64,000 bases of DNA, taken from Bacteroidales bacterium (GTDB taxonomy: Bacteria; Bacteroidota; Bacteroidia; Bacteroidales; UBA10428). The position numbers and the translations under genes are program-made. The notes below the pieces were generated by a model. It saw only the letters and a list, made by a program, of their open reading frames with translations. It did no database searches and was not told where the DNA came from. Positions 35,185 to 44,215 of the stretch are shown one piece after another. The stretch is from NCBI GenBank assembly GCA_016934055.1, contig JAFGTR010000008.1, positions 69,435 to 133,434 on the forward strand. The letters run 5' to 3'. Each line of letters opens with the position of its first letter. The first letter of the stretch is position 1.

Positions 35185-35391
35185 TCACAGGCTTTCACTG
35201 ATGCTTCCGTCAGGCAACATATTGTCAGGATGATAGCGGCCATTTTCCTCCATCTTATATCGTATGCAATCCTTCCATTTACCATGACAATAGTTCTCAA
35301 TCCATTTCTTATCCAGTCTGCCCTGTTCAAAAAACCGTTTCATTGGGCATACAGGATACCATTTGCATTGCTTTTTAATAATTGACGGCAT
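35185..35391 (-). CDS. Small Cys-rich protein (68 aa), last gene behind tenA
   Basis: It contains CKWYPVCPMKRFFEQGRLDKKWIENYCHGKWKDCIRYKMEENGRYHPDNMLPDG, with 4 conserved-looking Cys. From memory this family is widespread in anaerobes and is sometimes mislabelled 'uracil-DNA glycosylase'. It starts 6 nt after the tenA stop. Confidence 0.6.
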   Translation of the reverse strand: MPSIIKKQCKWYPVCPMKRFFEQGRLDKKWIENYCHGKWKDCIRYKMEENGRYHPDNMLPDGSISESL

Positions 35392-35397
35392 AGATAC

Positions 35398-36045
35398 CTA
35401 TTGTTTGGCTGCTTCTTCGAACGCCAGTAATTCGTACCTTGTGCCTTCCGCAAAAACACGCATCATTTGGTTTTTGATATCTGCAACGGCCTTTTGACCA
35501 AGGTTCTCGATTATATGGATAAAGTGTTCGGTATACTGTCTGTATTCCTCCCCCGAATAGGTGTCGATCCATTTCCGGTAAGGATTGTTATCAACAGCAT
35601 TTCTTAAAACATAATCACCCGCTTTATAATAGATCCAGAAGCAGGGTAACAATGCCGCAGCGGCAACAGGATAAGGTGAATGAAAAGCATGGTCAAGCAA
35701 AAAATCAGCATATGCTTTAAAAGCCGGTGATTTTTCTGTAGCATTGTTTATTTGAAACTGCTTAATAAATGTATCCTGCAGGGCCCGTTCAATATCCAGT
35801 CCGTCTTTTGCCATCTGAATGAAAAAATATGTTTCTCCAGGATCTTCAGCACGGGCAGCGGTTACAGCAAGAGCTCTTGAATCTTCAATGATATACAAAA
35901 CATCCTGAGCAAGATAATGTGTAAACCATCTTTCAGGAAGTGATCCATCCGTCAGACTTTTTATATAGCTACAATCAATAATCTGCCTGAATAAAGGCTG
36001 AACGGATTCCCATAATTGTCGTGTAAAAGGTCCGGCTGATTCCAT
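35398..36045 (-). CDS. tenA: Thiaminase II / aminopyrimidine aminohydrolase
   Basis: 215 aa with the TenA pattern (F...L.DG.L....F..YL.QD..Y...  ...Y..Y; ALLPCFWIY). Confidence 0.85.
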   Translation of the reverse strand: MESAGPFTRQLWESVQPLFRQIIDCSYIKSLTDGSLPERWFTHYLAQDVLYIIEDSRALAVTAARAEDPGETYFFIQMAKDGLDIERALQDTFIKQFQINNATEKSPAFKAYADFLLDHAFHSPYPVAAAALLPCFWIYYKAGDYVLRNAVDNNPYRKWIDTYSGEEYRQYTEHFIHIIENLGQKAVADIKNQMMRVFAEGTRYELLAFEEAAKQ

Positions 36046-36857
36046 TATTCCCAGTATTTAAAAAAGTGATGAACGGGACCATGTCCTCTTCCCAGGGTAT
36101 ACCCTTCCCCGCTGACAATAGCCCCGGAAATGTATTCCTTTGCTTTTCCCAAAGCCTCATTTAAAGGCAGTCCAAGCGCCAAAAAAGATGCAATGGCAGA
36201 AGAAAGGGTACAACCTGTGCCATGCGTGTTTTTAGTATTTCGTCTTTTTGATCTCAAAGTCAGAACAGTATCTTCCTCAGCGTTATAGAAAACATCGACC
36301 AGTTCACTTTCTGTCAGATGCCCTGCCTTTAGCAGAACTGAGATCTTTCTGTTCATTGACAATTCTTTAGCTGCATCAGGCAATGCCTCCTGGCTGTTGA
36401 TTTTTCTTCCGAGAAGGATTTCTGCTTCAGGAATATTGGGGGTGATAATCCTTACGACCGGTATCAGAACCTTTCTAAGGGTTTCAATGGCCTCATCCTG
36501 CAACAGTATATCACCCGATGTTGCCACCATGACAGGGTCGAGCACAATATTTTCAATGTCATATTTTTCAAGCGTTTGTGTCACAGTTTTAATGACATCA
36601 GATGAATGAAGCATGCCTATCTTAACAGCATCAGCACCTATATCATCAAGAACAGCTGATATCTGGCCGCTCAGTGCTTCAAGAGAAACAGGATAAACAC
36701 CGGTGACGCCAACAGTGTTTTGGACGGTAATAGCGGTGATGGCTGACATGGCATAACAGCCGCACGCCGATATGGTTTTTATGTCAGCCTGTATTCCGGC
36801 TCCTCCGCCGGAGTCGCTGCCGGCGATTGTCAAAACTCTTTTATAGTGCTTTTTCAT
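36045..36857 (-). CDS. thiD: Hydroxymethylpyrimidine / phosphomethylpyrimidine kinase
   Basis: VLTIAGSDSGGGAGIQADIKT...VKIGML...VLDPVMVATSGD...HGTGCTLSSAIA are the ThiD signatures. Confidence 0.92.
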   Translation of the reverse strand: MKKHYKRVLTIAGSDSGGGAGIQADIKTISACGCYAMSAITAITVQNTVGVTGVYPVSLEALSGQISAVLDDIGADAVKIGMLHSSDVIKTVTQTLEKYDIENIVLDPVMVATSGDILLQDEAIETLRKVLIPVVRIITPNIPEAEILLGRKINSQEALPDAAKELSMNRKISVLLKAGHLTESELVDVFYNAEEDTVLTLRSKRRNTKNTHGTGCTLSSAIASFLALGLPLNEALGKAKEYISGAIVSGEGYTLGRGHGPVHHFFKYWE

Positions 36858-36869
36858 GATTTCTGAAAA

Positions 36870-37877
36870 CTAAGCCTTATTGAAATGATTAAATCCAATC
36901 TGATGCAATACAATCTCATCATTGTTTCTTATCCATTTAATGCAGGATTCTCCTGCAATAATATTACCGATCTGATATAAGTCTTTGCCAAAAGCAGCTT
37001 TATAACCGGTATTTATTTCTTTAAATGAATTGGCTTCCAGGGTGACTAAAAGCACATAGTCTTCTCCCCCTGCAGTAATAAGTCTTTCGAGATCCCAGTC
37101 TTGCGAAAGCGCTACTTTTCTGAGTGTTTCAGATACAGGGATTTTATCAATGTCTATCAGGGCTGATTTTCGTGAAGCTTTTAAGATATGCAGCAGGTCG
37201 GAAGAAATACCATCTGATACATCAATCATAGCATGAATCACAGAATGCTTTGCAAGCCACAGCCCCTCATTCACATGAGGTTCAGGCAGATGATGACATC
37301 GAACCAGATGCAGGTTATCCTTTGTTTCCGGCAGCTGATGCAACAAAACTTCAAGTCCACCGGAAGAATCTCCTAAAAAGCCTGTTACACATACAACATC
37401 ATCTTCCTGAGCCATAGAACGCAATCTGGCTGAACCTTTAAGACATTTACCAACAACGCCTACGTTAATGGTTAAATACTCTTTTGATTTTGTAGTATCA
37501 CCGCCAAGGAGAGGAACGTTGTATTTACGGGAAAGATTATGATAGCCCAGCATAACATCATCAAGGTATTCAACCTTTGTCTCAGCGGGTATACCAACAG
37601 ACAGAAAAGAGCCCACCGGTTTTGCTCCCATAGCCGCAATATCACTCAAATTTACGGCAAGTGCTTTATGGCCTAATTCCACAGGGGTTATGCGATCTTT
37701 CAGAAAATGAATGTCTTCAATCAACAAATCTGTTGTGATCACATAATCTTCACTATCATTGCAGGGTATAATGGCACAGTCATCCCCTATTCCCAAAAAA
37801 CCAGGTGAAGACATATCCTCAAACCTTTTCGCAATTCGATCAATATATCCGAACTCCCCTATTTCATGTAATTTCAT
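36870..37877 (-). CDS. thiL: Thiamine-monophosphate kinase
   Basis: It has MKLHEIGEFGYIDRIAKRF...GIGDDCAII and an AIR-synthase-like fold (GGDT, ITAGGEDY). Confidence 0.88.
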   Translation of the reverse strand: MKLHEIGEFGYIDRIAKRFEDMSSPGFLGIGDDCAIIPCNDSEDYVITTDLLIEDIHFLKDRITPVELGHKALAVNLSDIAAMGAKPVGSFLSVGIPAETKVEYLDDVMLGYHNLSRKYNVPLLGGDTTKSKEYLTINVGVVGKCLKGSARLRSMAQEDDVVCVTGFLGDSSGGLEVLLHQLPETKDNLHLVRCHHLPEPHVNEGLWLAKHSVIHAMIDVSDGISSDLLHILKASRKSALIDIDKIPVSETLRKVALSQDWDLERLITAGGEDYVLLVTLEANSFKEINTGYKAAFGKDLYQIGNIIAGESCIKWIRNNDEIVLHQIGFNHFNKA

Positions 37878-37907
37878 ACCATTAAATGGATAATACAATC
37901 TCTTTCA

Positions 37908-38543
37908 CTATTGTTTAAATGTAGCAATTTTCTGTCTGATTTCCCGGGCCGCCATCATAGGATCATCAGCTGAAACAATGGCTGACACAACAGCAATGCC
38001 ATCTGCTCCTGCCCTCACTATATCAACTGCATTTCGTGCGTTGATGCCCCCAATGGCCACGATGCAATGCCTGGAAAAAGAGGCTATCTCACGAACGCCC
38101 TCAATCCCCAATGCAATAGAAAGTTCCGGTTTAGTATCCGTTACAAATACAGGGGATAAACCTATATAATCCACATCCAGTTTATTGGCCTCCCTGGCCT
38201 GGGAAATACTTTCCACGGAAAGTCCGATAATTTTGTCCTTTCCCAGGATTTTTCTTGCAATAACATATGGTATGTCGTGCTGACCGATATGGAGGCCCTC
38301 TGCATCAGCTGCAAGTGCAATATCAAGCCGGTCATTGATGATCAGGGGAACATGAAAGGGGGCAAGTATTCTCTTTATCAGCACAGCAAGATTAAAAAAT
38401 TCCAATGTGGGACAGTCCTTTTCTCTCAGCTGTACCATGGTGACACCACCTTTAACAGCCTGTTCCACAACATTTTCAATCGGGCGACCTTTTGCAAGTG
38501 CTCTGTCAGTGACCAGATAAAGTAAGGGATTACACCTGTTCAT
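37908..38543 (-). CDS. thiE: Thiamine-phosphate synthase
   Basis: LYLVTDR...GVTMVQLREK...LIINDRLDIALAADAEGLHIGQHD...GLSPVF.T.TK...AIGGI is the ThiE pattern. Confidence 0.92.
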   Translation of the reverse strand: MNRCNPLLYLVTDRALAKGRPIENVVEQAVKGGVTMVQLREKDCPTLEFFNLAVLIKRILAPFHVPLIINDRLDIALAADAEGLHIGQHDIPYVIARKILGKDKIIGLSVESISQAREANKLDVDYIGLSPVFVTDTKPELSIALGIEGVREIASFSRHCIVAIGGINARNAVDIVRAGADGIAVVSAIVSADDPMMAAREIRQKIATFKQ

Positions 38544-39340
38544 GATACTGCTTTAAGCAGATTTGTAATATCCTTATCAGACAACTTATACAATTCATCA
38601 AGAAAATACGCCTGCATGGTACCCGGGCCTGCTGATCTTTTTGCTGCAAGTTCACCGGCAATACCCATCACTGCCATAGCATGGGCTGATGACATTATAA
38701 AATCGCAATTAACAGCAACAAATGCACCAACAAGAGCTGTAGCGGTACAACCCATTCCTGTGACCTTTCCCATTAAAGGTGAACCATTCTGTACCTGTAT
38801 TACGGATTTATTATCAACAACATAATCCACCGGACCACTGATGATGATTATGGCACCTGTATCTTTTGCAAGAGTCGTGGCTCCATGAACGGCCGACTCT
38901 GAGGAAGCTACACTATCAACACCTTTTGTATCACTTTGTTTACAGGTCAGTGCCATAATCTCGGATGCATTGCCCCGAATCACATCGGGTTTGCATTCCC
39001 GGATAATCTGAAGGCTTGTCTGCGTACGGTATGCAGTAGCACCCGCACCTACCGGGTCAAGAACAACAGGGATATTCTTTTTTTTGGCTGCCAATCCGGC
39101 TTTTAACATAGCTTCAACCCACGATGGGCTCAAAGTGCCTATGTTTATCACCAGAGATGAAGCAATCTTCACCATATCCTCAACCTCTTCAACAGCGTGG
39201 GCCATCACCGGCGAGGCGCCAATTGCCAATAATGCATTGGCTGTATTGTTCATTACAACAGAGTTCGTTATATTATGAACCAGCGGAGAGCGGGAACGAA
39301 CTTCTTTCAGATCCTTAATAACAGATTCTTTTGATATCAT
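38540..39340 (-). CDS. thiM: Hydroxyethylthiazole kinase
   Basis: PLVHNITNSVVMNNTANALLAIGASPVMA...VLDPVGAGAT.YR...MGCTATALVGAF is the ThiM pattern. Confidence 0.92.
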   Translation of the reverse strand: MISKESVIKDLKEVRSRSPLVHNITNSVVMNNTANALLAIGASPVMAHAVEEVEDMVKIASSLVINIGTLSPSWVEAMLKAGLAAKKKNIPVVLDPVGAGATAYRTQTSLQIIRECKPDVIRGNASEIMALTCKQSDTKGVDSVASSESAVHGATTLAKDTGAIIIISGPVDYVVDNKSVIQVQNGSPLMGKVTGMGCTATALVGAFVAVNCDFIMSSAHAMAVMGIAGELAAKRSAGPGTMQAYFLDELYKLSDKDITNLLKAVS

Positions 39341-39343
39341 GGT

Positions 39344-40048
39344 TTATTTGTTTTTAAAAGCACATATAGCAACATAGTCACCGCAATCAAAACCTTCCAT
39401 GGGTTCTTCAATTGTATTGTCTGAATAAACAGGGTGCCTGGTAAGAGTTTGGGCAAAGGCAAAATCGCTGAAACCAGCTTCTTTTAACATATTGACTTTT
39501 TCGGTTGTAGTCCTCCAGTTGGCTGCTTTTACAAATTCAATCGGATAGGGATCCTTTGGCTGAACACCTTTAAGCAAAGGATGATCCCAGGTACCGAGTA
39601 CCTTGGCCAGGTTATAAAGCAGGGCATATGAACTTTCTTTGGGGACATCGATAACCACAATCCGGCCTCCCTTTCGTAAAGCCTGGCAGGTTTTATTGAA
39701 AGCTTTCTGCAAATCATTTATATAACTTGGTGTGCCATTAAAAAGTATGGCATCATATTGGTTCAGCCCAAAATCACCGTCTTCAGCGGTTTCTATTCTC
39801 ACGGTCATACCACGTTTTTCTGCAATTTCTGCCATTGATTTTGAAGGCTCAATACCATATTTTACAGTAATATTAAATTCCTGTTGAAGAAGCATTTCAA
39901 ATAATCCGCTTCCGCAACCTACCGATAAAGCATCACCGGTATTTTTCAGAAAATGTGCCACCAGTTTTAGTTCAGAATACAAAACATTTTTGTTTTTCAG
40001 GAACCATGCGTCGTATTTTTCTGCATACTGATCAAAATTGTCGTTCAT
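39344..40048 (-). CDS. Class I SAM-dependent methyltransferase (first gene after the TPP riboswitch)
   Basis: It has YDAWF...ALSVGCGSGLFEMLL (SAM motif I) and ILFNGTPSYINDLQKAFNKTCQALRKGGRIVV (post-I/II). Confidence 0.75.
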   Translation of the reverse strand: MNDNFDQYAEKYDAWFLKNKNVLYSELKLVAHFLKNTGDALSVGCGSGLFEMLLQQEFNITVKYGIEPSKSMAEIAEKRGMTVRIETAEDGDFGLNQYDAILFNGTPSYINDLQKAFNKTCQALRKGGRIVVIDVPKESSYALLYNLAKVLGTWDHPLLKGVQPKDPYPIEFVKAANWRTTTEKVNMLKEAGFSDFAFAQTLTRHPVYSDNTIEEPMEGFDCGDYVAICAFKNK

Positions 40049-40060
40049 AGTAGTATAAAT

Positions 40061-40210
40061 AAAAAAACCGCTTCGTTGCGAACGAAACGGTATACAGGTT
40101 ATTGATTATATTCAAAATACAATATACCATTTTCCTCCGCTGTTATTATACATATCAGGTTCAGGGGTATATTCTCAGCTTGTTTTCTGCAAGCACCCCC
40201 AACGGTATTG
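40061..40210 (-). promoter_or_regulatory. TPP (THI-box) riboswitch with terminator expression platform
   Basis: The minus strand reads AUACCguuGGGGGUGCuugcagaaaacaagCUGAGAauauACCCcugaACCUGAUauguaUAAUaaCAGCGgAGGAAAauGGUAU (aptamer 40124..40208). It is followed by the hairpin accguuucguucgcaacgaagcggu (40068..40090) and U7 (40061..40067), 12 nt before the ATG at 40048. Confidence 0.9.
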
Positions 40211-40342
40211 ATACAAAAGTAACAATAATTTAAAACTATCTGTCAGTAATCAGCAATTTTTTATATGATAATATCTGGCCGGTACATTATTTATCATAAC
40301 GGCACAATGCTTAAATGGCCTTATATTAAAACATTAAAATGA

Positions 40343-40972
40343 TTATTTGTTCACTTTTCGCACCACCTTTTCAATCCGTTTTTTCTGCGAATCTTTATCC
40401 AGTTCATTCATTCTTTGCTCCAGCAAACCGATAAACGTCTTCTTGTTGGCCTGGTTAACAGCGGTTTCCGCTTTTTCAGCATACTGTGGCAATTGCTTCG
40501 GCGGACATTTTCTGAGCTGTTCCATGAGCAAAGGAAATGTTGTAACAGAGTATTCAGACACTGCAGAAAGCTTAGCCAATATTGACACACCGTGGTCAAT
40601 GGTAATCACTGATCCTTTATCTATTGCCCCGACAATTGAGGGAAGAATAGCGTATATGATCTTTTTGTTTACACAGGCAATGGTATCCAGTGCAATCATG
40701 GCACCCCATACAAGCCGGTTATTTTTATCTTCAATCAATTTTCCAAATTCAGTGACATAGGGCTCAATCATTTTTGCCGCCCCCCGTTCACCAATCTCAT
40801 AAAGAACTTTAAGACAATCACTCCTGATGTTCTTGTCTTTATTATGAAGATTTTCAGCAAGTTCCTTCACCCAGTCTGAACGGTCTGATCTTATGATCTC
40901 ATCAGCCAGTTCCTGGTTAGGCTTGTCATCGCGACGATTCAGAGAAGTCGAAATCAGGTCGAGGGCTTTCAT
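40343..40972 (-). CDS. HEAT/ARM-repeat-like protein of unknown function
   Basis: It is a 209-aa all-helical protein with repeat-like segments (NIRSDCLKVLYEIGERG..., NRLVWGAMIALDTIA...). I recognise no catalytic motif. Confidence 0.45.
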   Translation of the reverse strand: MKALDLISTSLNRRDDKPNQELADEIIRSDRSDWVKELAENLHNKDKNIRSDCLKVLYEIGERGAAKMIEPYVTEFGKLIEDKNNRLVWGAMIALDTIACVNKKIIYAILPSIVGAIDKGSVITIDHGVSILAKLSAVSEYSVTTFPLLMEQLRKCPPKQLPQYAEKAETAVNQANKKTFIGLLEQRMNELDKDSQKKRIEKVVRKVNK

Positions 40973-41240
40973 TAAATGATTGCTTTTTTACCATTTTATA
41001 AAACTGTTGCAATTCCTGTTTTCTTTCAGTTGGTAACTTATTCCACCGAATACCGTTAATTGCACCGTCCAGTCCGTATAATAAGCTTAAACAAGCACCC
41101 GGATCAATGACCTGAAGGCGTATAAAAGCCTGTTCGCAGCCTGTTGATCTAAGTTTTTCAAAGGTATCAATACCAGCCTGTATCAGTTTGGTTTCGGTGT
41201 CTTTGCCGATATTAATGTGGTTTGAAAGGTCGCTTTTCAT
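40926..41240 (-). CDS. TfoX C-terminal domain protein
   Basis: MKSDLSNHINIGKDTETKLIQAGIDTFEKLRSTGCEQAFIRLQVIDPGACLSLLYGLDGAINGIRWNKLP matches the TfoX_C helix-hairpin-helix pattern. I chose an internal start. Confidence 0.65.
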   Translation of the reverse strand: MKSDLSNHINIGKDTETKLIQAGIDTFEKLRSTGCEQAFIRLQVIDPGACLSLLYGLDGAINGIRWNKLPTERKQELQQFYKMVKKQSFNESPRPDFDFSESSR

Positions 41241-41351
41241 GATCGTGAATTTTTCCTCTTTGTAACTATATAAAACAAATATAACCCAGTCATATGACAA
41301 CAGTATGACAACAGCGAAATTAACTTTATGCCTGACCTCATTTTTCCGGGC

Positions 41352-42305
41352 TTATAATCCGGCACCCAGGCTGAAAGTTCTTGATAAACTCAACGTTGCG
41401 CCGATACCGGCACCCAGTTGTGTGCCATTGAAATACTGGTAGACCGGAATATCTGCCATAGCTGACAGATACCATTTCTCCTGAACCACGTAGTTTATTT
41501 GCGGGGCAACCAAAAAAATAGCACCCCCGGATGATTCTTTCAGCCTGTCGCCAATATGGTCATGTGTCCGGATCTCATTCCGGAATTGCAGAATGGTGGT
41601 CCAGTCGCCTTTCAGCCATTGAAACATGAGGTGTTTGGAAACAAAAAAAGAAGTGAATACAGCGGTGCCCAAATGATAATCCTCCGGGTTGCGCAGGTTT
41701 GTTTCAACCCGGTTGGTAATAAAAAAACGCAGAGCTCTTTCTGAATTTTCCTTAACAAAATACGAACTGAAAACAAATCCATAGGCACCGATGGTAGGTT
41801 GCACCTCAACAGGCAGTTCAACATGATCCACCTCCTGAGGTGTTCTGGAAAACGGGATTTTAACACCCCCTGCAGCAGAAAAATAAACCCTTTTAATATG
41901 ATTGGTATACAGGTTAACTTTTGAAGAGACAACCAGGTTTGTCAATCCCCTGCCGGTGAGGGTATATTCGGGTTCTGTGGCATAATGTTGCGATTTGTTG
42001 ATATAGTATCCGAATTCTGTTTCAAGCGTGATCCTGTGACTCAGACCATAGCCGATAATACCCGACAGGTAGTTATATTGGGCTTTGCGGATCAGGCTGA
42101 AATCAGACCGGCTGTCTTTCTCAAAATAATGTTTTCCCTGACCATATTTATAGAACGAGATAATCCGCAGTGCATTTTTTTCCAGCACAAGCAAATTCTC
42201 GGTACCGCCAACCGGATTAACCGATGAAAGACATTGTGCGTCTGCCATCGCACCAAAAGCAACGCACAACAAAAAGATCAATATGGCTCTTCTATTCAAC
42301 AACAA
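41352..42305 (-). CDS. Outer-membrane beta-barrel protein (transporter-like), unknown substrate
   Basis: It has a signal peptide (LLCVAFGAMADAQC) and alternating beta-strand composition throughout. It overlaps the upstream lipoprotein gene by 14 nt. Confidence 0.5.
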   Translation of the reverse strand: MLLNRRAILIFLLCVAFGAMADAQCLSSVNPVGGTENLLVLEKNALRIISFYKYGQGKHYFEKDSRSDFSLIRKAQYNYLSGIIGYGLSHRITLETEFGYYINKSQHYATEPEYTLTGRGLTNLVVSSKVNLYTNHIKRVYFSAAGGVKIPFSRTPQEVDHVELPVEVQPTIGAYGFVFSSYFVKENSERALRFFITNRVETNLRNPEDYHLGTAVFTSFFVSKHLMFQWLKGDWTTILQFRNEIRTHDHIGDRLKESSGGAIFLVAPQINYVVQEKWYLSAMADIPVYQYFNGTQLGAGIGATLSLSRTFSLGAGL

Positions 42306-42636
42306 TTTTAACTGACTTCAATTGTGAATTGTTATTGCCATCTTTCACCTCGCAGGTTATCTCGTTTTCGCCGGCATGACAGGGTGATGGTGCATAAATA
42401 ACCTCAGCTCCCGAACCCAGAATATCACCTGCTGTAGCAGACCAATGATAGCTGAGATTATATCCCGTGGCCGTGGCAATGATACGCGTACTTTCTCCGG
42501 CAACCAGGGTATACCTGTCGGCTATCAAAGACTCAAAAACCAGTTGCTGGCTCGGGTCACCACCGTTTCCGTCATCTTTTTCACAGGCAATGAAAAACAT
42601 GGTCGCGGTTAACATTATAATCAGATTGTTTTTCAT
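42292..42636 (-). CDS. Small lipoprotein with an Ig/PKD-like domain
   Basis: It has a lipobox (MFFIAC) and a single beta-sandwich-like domain (YTLVAGESTRIIATATG..LSYHWSATAGDI...ITCEVKDGNNNSQLKSVKIVV). Confidence 0.55.
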   Translation of the reverse strand: MKNNLIIMLTATMFFIACEKDDGNGGDPSQQLVFESLIADRYTLVAGESTRIIATATGYNLSYHWSATAGDILGSGAEVIYAPSPCHAGENEITCEVKDGNNNSQLKSVKIVVE

Positions 42637-42831
42637 TTTTCAAATTTTTGGGCATCATTTCATTAAAGTATTGAAATACAAAACCAAGTTGATTGCAATT
42701 TTTTCATCACACAAGGCGACTCAATCAGATTTCATTCTGATTTCATTTGTTATTCTTCCTGTGTTCAACTTTTAAATTCCTGGCAATTCAGATTTAACCA
42801 CATTATATCGGGAATATCATTATCGTAACTG

Positions 42832-44169
42832 TTATCTATCTTTAATACACCGGACCGAAAATCCGTATGATTTCGGAAATGTATTCCATCGCCCGCATAA
42901 ATGAGAATTAATGTCGAGACATCTTCTCCAGGCAAAGTCTCCATCATATGCGGTAGAAGTCCACATGTATTCAAACATGCCGGCCAGGCTGTAAATACCA
43001 CCTGTCGAACGTCTGCCTGATAATTGAGCATTGTAACCTGAGCTGCCCCCAACGATAAGTTTAGTGCCAACACTGTCGCCCCGCCATGTGTTAACCATAT
43101 CAGCTTCTTCCCTTGTCATGCCTAAAAACATTTCCAGCTCTTTATACTCTTCATCGGAAGGAACGTGCCATCCACAGGGACAAATCCCCTGTGCCTGCTC
43201 AACCGTTGAATTATTCATTGCCACATCCCATGTATACAATCTTCCATATACCGGAACATAATTCGTATCATCATTATAGGTATAACTGATAACAGGCTCA
43301 CCGGAAGGATTATGGGTTACCCTCAGGTTTTCCTTCATCCAGGTTTGCTCACCTATCTTAACAATGGCATAAGTATTACCGTCAATATCGGTTAACCTGT
43401 CCGACAGATTCACGGTAATCACCACGGTCTGATCCTCCTGGTCGGTTACAGTCAATACATAAGTACCGGCTCCAAGATCAAACAGATCTTCCTCATTGGA
43501 GCCGTTTGACCATGAACAGGTATAGGGAGGATACCCATTGCTGATGGTAACATCAATGTTTCCATCTTTTAATCCTGTTTCTGAAGGTGAAACAACCGTA
43601 TATTTAACAATAAGCTCACCCTGATCCGGCTGTGATATGAATATACTGTCAGTAAGTGATGAATTCACCGCATCAGTCACGGTAAGATAATACATCCCTG
43701 CTTCCAGGCCTTTTATTTCACTCTCTGAAGAACCATTTGACCATTTGTACCGGTATGGTTCAACACCTCCGGTAACAGTGGCTGAAGCTGATCCGTCGGC
43801 TCCACCGTAGAATGACACATTATTTCCCGTGATCACAAGAACAAGGGTTTCCGGTGCAGGCTGGCTTACAAAAAAAGTGTCTGTCTGTGAACTTTTATTA
43901 TTATCAGTAACTGTTATAATATAAGTCCCGGCAGAAAGGCTGTCGATATCCTCGGTTGTCTTACCGCCTGTCCATAAAAATGAATAGGGTGGTATCCCGC
44001 CTGAAACCGTTAAATCTACGCTCCCGTCATGACCTCCGTATTCCGTTACATCTTCAATTGAAGCACTTAATACAAGAGGGTCAGGGAAAGTTTCTCCGGG
44101 CTCTTCCCTGCAATGCTGCAATGAAAAGAAAAGAATACCATATAAAGCAATATAAAATACTCTTTTCAT
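42832..44169 (-). CDS. Secreted protein: 3 Cys-less SprB-like repeats plus a Fibrobacter succinogenes major paralogous (FISUMP) domain
   Basis: The repeats read GG.PPY...W(T/S).G...E....L.AG.Y..TVTD. The C-terminus DIDGNTYAIVKIGEQTWMKENLRV...YGRLYTWDVAM...CPCGWHVPSDEEYKELEMFLG...GFSVRCIKD matches the FISUMP pattern. Confidence 0.75.
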   Translation of the reverse strand: MKRVFYIALYGILFFSLQHCREEPGETFPDPLVLSASIEDVTEYGGHDGSVDLTVSGGIPPYSFLWTGGKTTEDIDSLSAGTYIITVTDNNKSSQTDTFFVSQPAPETLVLVITGNNVSFYGGADGSASATVTGGVEPYRYKWSNGSSESEIKGLEAGMYYLTVTDAVNSSLTDSIFISQPDQGELIVKYTVVSPSETGLKDGNIDVTISNGYPPYTCSWSNGSNEEDLFDLGAGTYVLTVTDQEDQTVVITVNLSDRLTDIDGNTYAIVKIGEQTWMKENLRVTHNPSGEPVISYTYNDDTNYVPVYGRLYTWDVAMNNSTVEQAQGICPCGWHVPSDEEYKELEMFLGMTREEADMVNTWRGDSVGTKLIVGGSSGYNAQLSGRRSTGGIYSLAGMFEYMWTSTAYDGDFAWRRCLDINSHLCGRWNTFPKSYGFSVRCIKDR

Positions 44170-44215
44170 GGCATAAAATTACACTATATACTTTGCAGTC
44201 GCAATCGATAATGCA

